Shown here piece after piece: positions 51,418 to 59,806 of a stretch of DNA of 64,000 nucleotides. Source of the stretch: Chthoniobacterales bacterium (GTDB taxonomy: Bacteria > Verrucomicrobiota > Verrucomicrobiia > Chthoniobacterales > JACTMZ01); contig JBMTVD010000001.1 of the NCBI GenBank assembly GCA_049451035.1, forward strand, positions 910 through 64,909, written 5' to 3'. Under the pieces are notes generated by a model, which searched no databases, had not been told where the DNA came from, and worked only from the letters and a program-made list of their open reading frames with translations. Position numbers and translations under genes: made by a program. Position 1 is the stretch's first letter. Every line of letters begins with the position of its first letter.

Positions 51418-52647
51418 ATGGCCGATTTCTTCCAAACAGGCGCGATGGCCACCCTGCACCGCCTCGGCGAACCGGGCGTGGACAGGCTGGAGGCGCAACT
51501 GCGCGACTTCGTGCAAGACATGCCGATCGCGCTCGTGCTGCCCTGCCACATCGGCGAAATCGGCACTCCGGCCCTGCGCGGCATCCTGCGCGAACTCGAG
51601 GAAGTCGATTACCTGAAGCAAGTGGTCGTCGGCATCGACGGCGCCAGCCCCTCCGATTGGCGCAAGGCGCGCCAGTTTTTCGCCAAATCGCGCCACAAGC
51701 CGGTCCTGCTGTGGAACGACGGTCCGCGCATGAAGCGTCTGATTCGCAAACTGGCCGATGGCGACCTCGACCCCGGCCAGCGGGGCAAAGGACGCAACAT
51801 GTGGCTCTGCTACGGCTACGTACTGGCTTCCGAACAGGCCAAGGTCATCGCCGCGCACGACTGCGACATCCTGACCTACGGCCGCGAGTTGCTGGCGCGC
51901 CTCTGCTATCCGGTGGCCAATGACAGCCTCGGTTTCGACTTCTGCAAAGGCTACACCGCACGCTTCACCCACAAACTGAACGGACGCGTCATGCGCCTCA
52001 TGTTCACCCCGCTCATCCGCTCGCTCGAAAGCATCATCGGGACGCATCCGTTCCTCATTTACATGGACACCTTCCGTTATCCGCTCTCGGGGGAGATCTG
52101 CGTTGACCTCGACGTGGTACGCCGCACGCGCATGCCCTCGGACTGGGGCGTGGAGGTCGGCATGCTGGCCGAAGTGTTCCGCGTGACCTCGCCCAAAGCC
52201 ATCTGTCAGGTCGAGTTGGCCGACCGTTTCGACCACAAGCACCAGGAACTCTCGCCCCGCGACGCCAACAGAGGCCTCAACAAAATGGCCATCGATATCG
52301 CCCGCTGCATCTTCCGCACCGTGGCCGCGGAAGGCATCCGCATGGACAGCGGTCTCTTTGACACCCTGCTCAGCGCCTACCTCCGCAAGGCCGAGGACAC
52401 CATCCGCTTCTATCACGCCGATGCCGAAATCAACGGCCTGGCCTTCGACCGCCACCAGGAAGAGTTGGCCGTCGCCACCTTCGTCCGGGGCATCCGTACC
52501 GCCGCCCGGCAGTTCATGGAAAACCCTCTGGGCGAACCGCTGATCCCGAACTGGAACCGCGTCGAATCGGCCCTCCCCGAATTTCTTGAGGAGCTGCGAA
52601 CTGCCGTCGAGGAGGATAACAAAGCGGCCTTGGCCAAGTCAGCTTAG
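51418..52647 (+). CDS. gpgS: Glucosyl-3-phosphoglycerate synthase-like glycosyltransferase (GT81, long form)
   Basis: The N-terminus MADFFQTGAMATLHRLG resembles the DFHQ..ITTLH start that I recall for GpgS/MpgS-type enzymes. IAAHDCDI is the DxD motif. 409 aa. The assignment is from memory of the family, not from a search. Confidence 0.7.
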   Translation: MADFFQTGAMATLHRLGEPGVDRLEAQLRDFVQDMPIALVLPCHIGEIGTPALRGILRELEEVDYLKQVVVGIDGASPSDWRKARQFFAKSRHKPVLLWNDGPRMKRLIRKLADGDLDPGQRGKGRNMWLCYGYVLASEQAKVIAAHDCDILTYGRELLARLCYPVANDSLGFDFCKGYTARFTHKLNGRVMRLMFTPLIRSLESIIGTHPFLIYMDTFRYPLSGEICVDLDVVRRTRMPSDWGVEVGMLAEVFRVTSPKAICQVELADRFDHKHQELSPRDANRGLNKMAIDIARCIFRTVAAEGIRMDSGLFDTLLSAYLRKAEDTIRFYHADAEINGLAFDRHQEELAVATFVRGIRTAARQFMENPLGEPLIPNWNRVESALPEFLEELRTAVEEDNKAALAKSA

Positions 52648-52857
52648 GGCATCCGCCAGAACTCGACCGAGTGTGAGCAGTTTGTGAATAATGCCTCAGA
52701 TACAAGGCACTCTTTACCAATGCTCTACATGAGTTGATCCTCGCCTCAACCTGCGATCACCTGCCCCCCGCACCGCGCGGCGTTTAGAACATCGGCCAGC
52801 GGGTGTTTTTTTTCTGTTCAGAGGCGCTTCCCGGTGGTGTTATGGGAAGTTCCATTT

Positions 52858-54405
52858 ATGTCTGCCACGACCCCTAGAGTTTGCCTGATTGCTTTGGCGC
52901 TTCTTTGCTGCGTGGAATTCCTGTCGACCGCCCAAGAATTGGCGGCTGTGTCCCCCTCGGAAAAACCTCCCACCGTCGAAAAGTTCGAAGAACCGACACC
53001 GCCTGCTCCGGGAGAAACCAACAACGCGAACTTCCGTTTCACCTACCCCGTCCGGGACAACAACTCCGACCAGACCTACACCGAGGCCCCCCCGGCGCAG
53101 TCCGACCAGACCGAACCGAGTTTGGAAGCCCAGACCGAGGTCAGCTCCCCGGCTTCCCTCAACGATGTCGTGACCTCCTTCCAAGATTCTCCGGCCACCA
53201 CGGGCGAGATGTTTGCGGAAATGGAGAATCTGCCAACCGGCCCGGAACCCGATATCGGGGAAGGTCGGTTTGCGCAACGGCCGTTCCGCTTCAGCTTTGC
53301 CGTCTACGAGGGCTACAACAGCAACGTGAACGGCACATCGACCGATCCGGTCGAGAGCTTGTACACCTCCATTGCAGCGGGAGTCGCCTACGACTTCGGC
53401 AGTTCACGCCTGAGACTGAGCGCTTCATTGGATGCGGCCCTGGCTTTTTACTACAACAACGAGAGGCTGCAGAATGACGGGATTTATCCGACCATCACCT
53501 TGGGGGTCGGCGCGGATTACAAAGCGACGCCCAAACTGGACCTCAGCTTTGTCACCTCGACGTCCCTGCTCTCGCAGCCTGATTTTGCAGGAGGAGGAGG
53601 AGGCCCTTCCAACTACGCCGGCGACTACATCTCCAGCGCGAGCACACTGGCCGCCACCTATCGTTGGATGCCGAAATTCGAGACCATCACCAGCTATTCG
53701 CCGCTGATTTACTACTATCTCGATCCGGAGGGCGACAACTTCAGCTACTTTGACCAGACCCTCGGACAGCAGTTCCTCTTCCTCTGGAAACCAACCACGG
53801 CGCTGGTGGCGGAATATCGGTTCAACCTGCGGAACTACTGGGAGCTGTCCAACTACAACAGCCTTGGCAATATCGCCTTGTTGGGTTTCAACCACACCTT
53901 CAATCCGCGTTGCAGCATGAGCCTTCGCGGTGGCGCGGAGCAGCGCATCAGCCAAAACCCCGTGGCCGGGGGCAATTACAACTACATCGGGCCGTTCGGG
54001 GAACTTACCTTCACCTACGCCTTCACGGATCGCACCTCGCTCGCCTTGACCAGTCGCTATGGCACCACCGGCACGGGCATCAACAACTACAGCCAAGACC
54101 AGCAATTTCTCGTTGGCCTGAGGGCCTCGCATCGGTTCGGGCGTCGCTTGACTCTCGGCGCGTTCGCCACCTACCAGAACAACTACTACGCGCAACCGGG
54201 GGGAGAAGTCGATGGCGTCGACCTGACGCCGAGCTTCTCCTACAACATCTTCAATGCCGGCGTGAATGCCGGGTATTATCTTCTCCCCGAGAGATGGTCG
54301 GTCAACGCCGGCTACGCCTTCACCACCTTGATGTCCGGTGACACCGCATACCAGGGCGATTATACGCAAAACATCGTATTCCTGGGAACACAGGTGAACT
54401 TCTAG
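52858..54405 (+). CDS. Outer-membrane beta-barrel protein, unknown function
   Basis: Signal peptide MSATTPRVCLIALALLCCVEFLSTAQE and a P/E/T-rich linker. Alternating beta-strand pattern rich in Y/N/G. C-terminal beta-signal FLGTQVNF. Confidence 0.7.
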   Translation: MSATTPRVCLIALALLCCVEFLSTAQELAAVSPSEKPPTVEKFEEPTPPAPGETNNANFRFTYPVRDNNSDQTYTEAPPAQSDQTEPSLEAQTEVSSPASLNDVVTSFQDSPATTGEMFAEMENLPTGPEPDIGEGRFAQRPFRFSFAVYEGYNSNVNGTSTDPVESLYTSIAAGVAYDFGSSRLRLSASLDAALAFYYNNERLQNDGIYPTITLGVGADYKATPKLDLSFVTSTSLLSQPDFAGGGGGPSNYAGDYISSASTLAATYRWMPKFETITSYSPLIYYYLDPEGDNFSYFDQTLGQQFLFLWKPTTALVAEYRFNLRNYWELSNYNSLGNIALLGFNHTFNPRCSMSLRGGAEQRISQNPVAGGNYNYIGPFGELTFTYAFTDRTSLALTSRYGTTGTGINNYSQDQQFLVGLRASHRFGRRLTLGAFATYQNNYYAQPGGEVDGVDLTPSFSYNIFNAGVNAGYYLLPERWSVNAGYAFTTLMSGDTAYQGDYTQNIVFLGTQVNF

Positions 54406-54568
54406 CACCCGGTCGACGTTCCGCGGCACGGCCGCCCACCGGCGAATAGCGCGCCCCCCGCGAAGGGCTCAAGGATTGTCCGGCGATTCCGCAGAGCTGT
54501 GCCCATAGCTTCACCGGCAGGAGGCGCGCCAACCGGGCCCGGTCGGCGCAGTGGGCCAAACATCAAAA

Positions 54569-54618
54569 GGCAACGCCGCCGGGCGATTTGCACCCGGCGG
54601 CGTGCCGCTTGTTTTGTG
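54569..54618. terminator. Bidirectional intrinsic terminator between the convergent OMP and glnN genes
   Basis: GGCAACGCCGCCGGG-CGATTTGCA-CCCGGCGGCGTGCC is a 14-bp stem with one bulge. It is flanked by CTTGTTTTGTGTG on the plus strand and CTTTTGATGTTT on the minus strand. Confidence 0.6.
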
Positions 54619-54637
54619 TGAGTTGGCCTTGGGCCGC

Positions 54638-56791
54638 CTATTTGATGAAAAGCATTTCCTGGTAGGTCGGAAGGGGCCAGATGTCATCGGGCAGCAGACC
54701 TTCCAACTCATCCACGGTACCGCGAACCTTGAGCATGGCGGGCAGGACCTTGAAGGTCCAATCACCCACCTCATGGGCCGCGGAGTGAACGGAATGCAAC
54801 ATGGCCAAATCGCTCTCGAGTTGGGAGACGAGGGCCGCGACTTTCTCCAGCGTCACGGTGCTGACCGCCACGCCGGCGGCCTTCAACTTGGCCGCCCCCT
54901 CGGCGAGGCTCGACGCGTAGCCGGCGGCGACCGGGAAGATCTTGGTCTGCGCGATTTCGGCCACCAACTTGGCCTCCACGTTGATCACCTTCTCGTACTG
55001 CTCGCAGAGGATGGCGTAGCGGCTCTTCAATTCGGTCTCGGAAAGCACGCCGTATTTCTCGAAGACTTCGACGATCTCCGGCGCGATGAGCGCGGGCAGG
55101 GCGTCAGCTGAAGTCTTGAGGTTGGGCAAGCCGCGCTCGGCGGCTTCGGCGTGCCACTCTTCGGAGTAACCATTGCCGTTGAAGATGACACGGCCGTGTT
55201 GGTCCATGACCTCTTTCAGCGCGTCTTGGATCGCCTTGTTGAGGTCGGAGGCTCCTTCAAGCTTGCCCGCCATCCATTCGAGCGAATCAGCCAGGATGGT
55301 GTTCATGGAAACGAGCGGCGTGGAGATCGACTGGTTGGCGCCGACCGCGCGGAACTCGAAGCGGTTGCCGGTGAATGCGAACGGCGAGGTGCGGTTGCGG
55401 TCGCCCGCATCCTTGGGCAGTTCGGGCAGGACATCGACGCCGATTTTCAGCGTGCCTCTTTGCTTGGACGTGGTGGCTCCGCCCGCCTTGATCTGCTCGA
55501 ATACATCGGCAAGCTGATCGCCGAGGTAAACAGAGATGATGGCCGGGGGCGCCTCGTTGGCGCCGAGACGGTGGTCATTGCCCGCCGAGGCGATGCTGGC
55601 GCGGAGCAGCGGGGCGAATTTGTCGACCGCACGGATGACCGCGCCGGCGAAGACGAGGAACTGCGCGTTTTCGTGAGGCGTATCGCCCGGGTCGAGAAGG
55701 TTGCCCTGCGTGGCGTTGCCGAGGGACCAGTTGACGTGTTTGCCCGAGCCGTTGATGCCGGCGAAGGGCTTTTCGTGCAGGAGACAGGCCAGACCGTGTT
55801 TGTCGGCGGTCTTCTTGAGGACCGTCATGATGAGTTGCTGATGGTCAGCGGCGAGGTTGGCCGACTCGAAGAGCGGGGCAATTTCAAACTGTCCGGGAGC
55901 GACCTCGTTGTGGCGGGTCTTGGCCGGGATGCCGAGCTTGAAGAGTTCGCGGTCGACCTCGTACATGAAGGCCATCACGCGATCCGGGATCAGACCGAAG
56001 TAGTGGTCTTCGAATTCCTGGCCTTTGGGCGCGGCCGCGCCGAAAAGCGAGCGGCCCGCCGAAAGAAGGTCGGGACGCGCGTAGTAGAACATTTTGTCGA
56101 CAAGGAAGTATTCCTGCTCGGGGCCGGCCGTGGCCGCGACGCGGGCGATATCCTTGTGACCGAAGAGCTTCAGGATGCGCCGGGCCTGCTTGTCCAAGGC
56201 CTGCATCGACTTGAGCAAAGGAGTTTTGGTGTCGAGCGCTTCGCCGGTCCAGGAAACGAACGATGTCGGGATGCACAAAGTCGTGCCGTTGGCGTTTTCC
56301 ATGAGAAACGCCGGGCTGGTCACATCCCACGCCGTGTAACCGCGCGCGGTGTGGGTCGCGCGGATGCCACCGGACGGGAAGGAAGAAGCGTCGGGTTCGC
56401 CCTGGATGAGGGTTTTGCCTTTGAATTTCGAGATGTTGGTCCGGCCGTCGGTGCCCGGATCATAAAACGAATCGTGCTTCTCGGCGGATGAACCGGTCAG
56501 CGGATAAAACACGTGCGCGAAGTGGGTGGCCCCGCGGCTGACGGCCCAATTCTTCATGGCTTCGGCCACCTCATCGGCCACGCCCTCCGGAAGCTTGGTC
56601 CCGTTTTGCACCGTCTCCAGCACGGCTTGGTAGGTCGCCGGCTTGAGGGTTTCCTTCATCACCGCAAGATTGAAGGTATTGGCTCCGAATACGGTTTCCG
56701 GCGTCTCCTCGATGAAGTTGACGGAGGCGTCTTGGGATTTGCGGGCCGCAATGGCTGCCACGGCGGCGGCACGTGCTGACATGTTACTCAT
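54638..56791 (-). CDS. glnN: Glutamine synthetase type III
   Basis: About 717 aa from ATG 56791 ([19 protein letters not shown]...). The size and conserved blocks ([46 protein letters not shown]) fit GSIII. Confidence 0.95.
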   Translation of the reverse strand: MSNMSARAAAVAAIAARKSQDASVNFIEETPETVFGANTFNLAVMKETLKPATYQAVLETVQNGTKLPEGVADEVAEAMKNWAVSRGATHFAHVFYPLTGSSAEKHDSFYDPGTDGRTNISKFKGKTLIQGEPDASSFPSGGIRATHTARGYTAWDVTSPAFLMENANGTTLCIPTSFVSWTGEALDTKTPLLKSMQALDKQARRILKLFGHKDIARVAATAGPEQEYFLVDKMFYYARPDLLSAGRSLFGAAAPKGQEFEDHYFGLIPDRVMAFMYEVDRELFKLGIPAKTRHNEVAPGQFEIAPLFESANLAADHQQLIMTVLKKTADKHGLACLLHEKPFAGINGSGKHVNWSLGNATQGNLLDPGDTPHENAQFLVFAGAVIRAVDKFAPLLRASIASAGNDHRLGANEAPPAIISVYLGDQLADVFEQIKAGGATTSKQRGTLKIGVDVLPELPKDAGDRNRTSPFAFTGNRFEFRAVGANQSISTPLVSMNTILADSLEWMAGKLEGASDLNKAIQDALKEVMDQHGRVIFNGNGYSEEWHAEAAERGLPNLKTSADALPALIAPEIVEVFEKYGVLSETELKSRYAILCEQYEKVINVEAKLVAEIAQTKIFPVAAGYASSLAEGAAKLKAAGVAVSTVTLEKVAALVSQLESDLAMLHSVHSAAHEVGDWTFKVLPAMLKVRGTVDELEGLLPDDIWPLPTYQEMLFIK

Positions 56792-56880
56792 GGATTTGAT
56801 TAAGGGTTGATTTGGGTTGTTGGGACTGCAATGGCTCCCGATTCCGAAAGGAAGTCGAAAGCCAGTTGGGTGTAAGTGTA

Positions 56881-56897
56881 AGCACCAACCATGCCAA
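56881..56897 (-). promoter_or_regulatory. Sigma-54 (-24/-12) promoter candidate for glnN
   Basis: The minus strand reads TTGGCATGGTTGGTGCT, against consensus TGGCACG-N4-TTGCW. GG and GC are separated by exactly 10 nt. It lies about 90 nt upstream of the glnN ATG. Confidence 0.5.
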
Positions 56898-56955
56898 ACG
56901 CCATTGGCAAAGCAGCGCATCGAGACTTTGCCCGCCAAAATTGGCCATTTTGCTA

Positions 56956-56972
56956 CACCCCTTGGAGGGGTG
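56956..56972. promoter_or_regulatory. Perfect 7-3-7 palindrome CACCCCT-TGG-AGGGGTG (candidate enhancer-binding-protein site; alternatively a plus-strand terminator hairpin)
   Basis: It lies about 60-75 bp upstream of the -24 element and has the geometry of NtrC-type sites (TGCACCA-N3-TGGTGCA). It is followed by GCGTTTTTTGG on the plus strand. Confidence 0.35.
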
Positions 56973-57145
56973 GCGTTTTTTGGTCAGAAACGCATGGCGG
57001 GATAGACCGCGCCAGCCACCTTTCTCCCTACCGGAAAGCAGACTCCGAGGACACCGCCGGGTGGGACCACGGGCGCCAACCGGCTTGGGAATGACCCACG
57101 ACAAGCGTTCTCGACGGACGGCGCCGAAATATTACAGGCTGCCGG

Positions 57146-58060
57146 ATGCCGCCGCTGCGTTCCCACACTGTGGCCCTGACGCCCGCTCAGGCGGAAACCT
57201 TGCGCGGGCTCCTCAAGGAGCAGAATTTCAAGTTCGAAGCGCGGCCCTACACCTTGTATTTCGCGCAGAAGCCGGGATTGACCGTGGCCGTCTACGAAAA
57301 AGGCCCAAAGGTGGTGGTGCAGGGGAAGGAGACCGAGGACTTCGTCCAATTCACGCTCGAGCCGGCCGTGCTCGGCGAAGCCCGCCTCGGCTATGAGGAC
57401 CTGCATCATCCGGAACGCTTCACCCCGCATTTCGGCATCGACGAAAGCGGCAAGGGCGACTTTTTCGGACCGCTCGTCATCGCCGGCGCGTACACGGAAG
57501 AAACAATCGCCCGCCAACTGCTCGAAGCGGGCATCCGTGACAGCAAGTCGATCGGTTCGGATGCCCAAATCCGCAAATTCGCCGACATTATCCGCGGCAT
57601 TCCCGGACTGGTCAGCGAGGTGATCGTCGTCTCGCCGGAGAAATACAACCCGCTTTACGAAAAGATCGGCAACCTCAACCGCCTCCTCGCCTGGGGACAC
57701 GCCCGTGTCATCGAAAACCTGTGCGGGCGGAAACCTCACTGCCCCGCGGCCCTGAGCGACCAGTTCGCCAACCCTCGCGTCCTCGAGCGCGCACTCATGG
57801 AACGCGGACGCAAAATCGAACTGCGCCAGCAGACCAAGGCGGAAAGCGACTACGCCGTGGCTGCGGCCTCCATTCTGGCCCGGGAAAAATTCATCGATTG
57901 GCTGGCCGGCGCCGAAAAACAATGGGGCGTCAAATTCCCCAAAGGCGCCTCGGGCGCCGTGCTCGAAGCGGCGCGTGCACTCGTCCACCAACACGGCCCC
58001 GACGCGCTGCGCGCCACAGCCAAACTTCATTTCAAAACGGCGCAGCAAGCCCTGTCTTGA
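57146..58060 (+). CDS. rnhC: Ribonuclease HIII
   Basis: 304 aa. The N-terminal ~85 aa is a TBP-like domain. The RNase H fold follows, with HFGIDESGKGDFFGPLVIAG. Confidence 0.9.
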   Translation: MPPLRSHTVALTPAQAETLRGLLKEQNFKFEARPYTLYFAQKPGLTVAVYEKGPKVVVQGKETEDFVQFTLEPAVLGEARLGYEDLHHPERFTPHFGIDESGKGDFFGPLVIAGAYTEETIARQLLEAGIRDSKSIGSDAQIRKFADIIRGIPGLVSEVIVVSPEKYNPLYEKIGNLNRLLAWGHARVIENLCGRKPHCPAALSDQFANPRVLERALMERGRKIELRQQTKAESDYAVAAASILAREKFIDWLAGAEKQWGVKFPKGASGAVLEAARALVHQHGPDALRATAKLHFKTAQQALS

Positions 58061-58091
58061 CGGCTTTACCGAGCACCGAACACTTTCTGCA

Positions 58092-58502
58092 ATGAAACCG
58101 CTGCTTCTCTTGCTGCTCACCTGCGCCGCCGTCTTCGCCATGGAAACCAACCAACCGGCGGCCACGCTTCCCGGCAGCGCCTGGCAAGTGACGACCTTCG
58201 CCGGACAAAGCCCGCTGACCGGTCACCCGATCACCTTCGAATTCGACACCGAGGGGAATATCGCGGGCGACGCCTCGTGCAATCGTTTCGGCGGCTCGTG
58301 CGTTATCGAAGGCGACACAATCGAAGTCGGTCCCCTGCGCAGCACCCGCCGCGCCTGCGAACCGGAAGTGATGCAGCAGGAGCAAAAATTTCTCGCCCTG
58401 CTCGGCGTCACTACCACGTGGGCGCTCGAAGGCGAAGACCTCGTCCTGACCGGACCCGAAGGCGAAATCCGGGCGGTGAAAAACACCGCTTCCGCGGACT
58501 GA
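58092..58502 (+). CDS. META-domain (HslJ-like) secreted protein
   Basis: ATG 58092 gives the signal peptide MKPLLLLLLTCAAVFA. GNIAGDASCNRFGGSCVIEGDTIEVGPLRSTRRAC is the META signature. Confidence 0.8.
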   Translation: MKPLLLLLLTCAAVFAMETNQPAATLPGSAWQVTTFAGQSPLTGHPITFEFDTEGNIAGDASCNRFGGSCVIEGDTIEVGPLRSTRRACEPEVMQQEQKFLALLGVTTTWALEGEDLVLTGPEGEIRAVKNTASAD

Positions 58503-58520
58503 TCTTCTTCGCCCGGAGAC

Positions 58521-58556
58521 AAAAAACCCCGCGATCTTTCGATCGCGGGGTCTTTC
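58521..58556. terminator. Intrinsic terminator, strongest on the minus strand
   Basis: CCCCGCGATC-TTTC-GATCGCGGGG is a 10-bp stem at 58527-58550. On the plus strand it is followed by TCTTTC. On the minus strand the loop reads GAAA and the stem is followed by TTTTTT (58526-58521). Confidence 0.65.
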
Positions 58557-58560
58557 AAAG

Positions 58561-59440
58561 TTGGGAGTGGGGGCTCGCCACGCCCTCTTCCCCGGATACT
58601 GACATTTGGCGCTCAGCCTATGGGGGTTGGCTGTCAGTTCCCCGACGCTGTTCTCCACGGCAAGCGGAGTTTGCGGTCTCGCAGCAGGACCGTCCCGCCT
58701 GTCACCAGGCGGAAGTATCGGGTGAGGCCTCTTTGCCCGGTTCGGAAACCACCTGCCGGTGGCTTCTCGCCGGACACGGATCTGGCGCGTCGGTAAATCG
58801 TCGCCCCATCTCCGGCATGTTCCCGGGTCGGCCCCCGCTTTTGGCGGGGCGTTGGCCCGGGACGACGGGTCTGACCTCTTATCCCTCAAGTTGCATTTCT
58901 TTCACCGTCGGGCGACACCGTTTTCGATACCGCCCGTCTTGCGGAGCTTTTGCCAACTTTGCCAGGCTGGCTTTCCTCCCCGTCGCGCGCGCCCCTTTGC
59001 GCTTCCCCCCAGCAACGGGGGGATCTTCCGGCGGGGTTGTCCCGCCGAGGCGCGTTCGCCGTGCTGGTTCGCAGTAGCAACTCCGACCTTTTCTTCGTCA
59101 GGTCACTGCGTTTCCTCCGCGGCACGAAACTTTCCGCGGATTCTCACTCGGCCAAGCAGCGGTTTCTCATCGCCACTCGCCGCGGCATCCCCGATTCGCA
59201 TCGCCGCACCGGTGCGACCCGGCGCGGGGGGATCCGTGAGCTGTGCCCCGCTCGCGATGCCGTTGCCGGCACCTTCCGCAGGGAGCCAGGCGCACCAACT
59301 GCACCCGGCCTTTCTCCGGTTTGACCCGGAATTATCCCGGGGCTTTCCTCCGGACCTTCTCGGCTTGCGCCTCGTCGGCCCCTCGGTCTGCCCTTGTTCT
59401 GTCAAAGAACACCTGAACAATCCCAAGAACCCGGACGGAC
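58561..59440 (-). ncRNA. Candidate large structured noncoding RNA (identity unknown; strand inferred)
   Basis: There is no credible ORF in any frame. The block has dense GC hairpins, a GNRA loop that reads as GNRA only on the minus strand, a minus-strand terminator at its 3' end, and an AT-rich island at its 5' side. See the findings. Confidence 0.3.
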
Positions 59441-59481
59441 GTCAATAGTTTTTATTCGTAAATAGTTGATGGTGAATTGAT

Positions 59482-59552
59482 TGTGAATATCCTGTGAACA
59501 AGAATGGGAACTCTCTGCCGATCAGCGGGTTGTGCTTTTCGACTTGTTCACT
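59482..59552. promoter_or_regulatory. AT-rich island with DnaA-box-like motifs and a sigma-70-like promoter upstream of gyrA
   Basis: TGTGAATAT (59482-90, complement ATATTCACA), TGTGAACAA (59493-501, complement TTGTTCACA) and TTGTTCACT (59544-52). A possible promoter is TTGATG-N16-TATCCT (59466-59493). Confidence 0.35.
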
Positions 59553-59806
59553 CCCCCGTTTTCCTAGCGGAAAAATCGGCAAAAAATTTTACCGCCGCGC
59601 CAAAAAAAATCCGCTCGAGCGAACGGCCCGTCCCTCGCCATCAAACCCGCGGCCCCTGCCCCGCGCGGCGCAAAACTCGTCGCGCGCGACACCCCGCGCG
59701 CCGCTCGGCTTTTTGACGATTTGCGCTGGCGCTGACGCGCGCAAAAAGACACACTGTTCACTTACCCCGGACGCGCCGTGCGCGTACCAAAAAACAAGCA
59801 GTCTCC

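Noticed and set aside
52683-52691. Perfect DnaA-box match (complement TTATTCACA) in the gpgS/OMP intergenic region
   Set aside because: It is a single isolated box in a promoter-like, lower-GC spacer. With no cluster and no AT-rich unwinding element, it is not evidence for an origin.
58561-59440. Identification of the structured block as RNase P RNA, tmRNA, SRP RNA or 6S RNA
   Set aside because: GGAGGAAAGCC superficially resembles the RNase P P4 5' strand (GAGGAAAGUCCGGGC). However, the first copy is consumed by a local hairpin, no matching ACAGAACCCGGCUUA-like 3' strand is present, and no GGUGCGGUAAGAGC block is present. No T-arm plus CCA-type tmRNA end or tag-peptide ORF was found. The length (about 880 nt) is also far beyond those RNAs. 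This was a by-eye check only; a covariance-model search is still needed.
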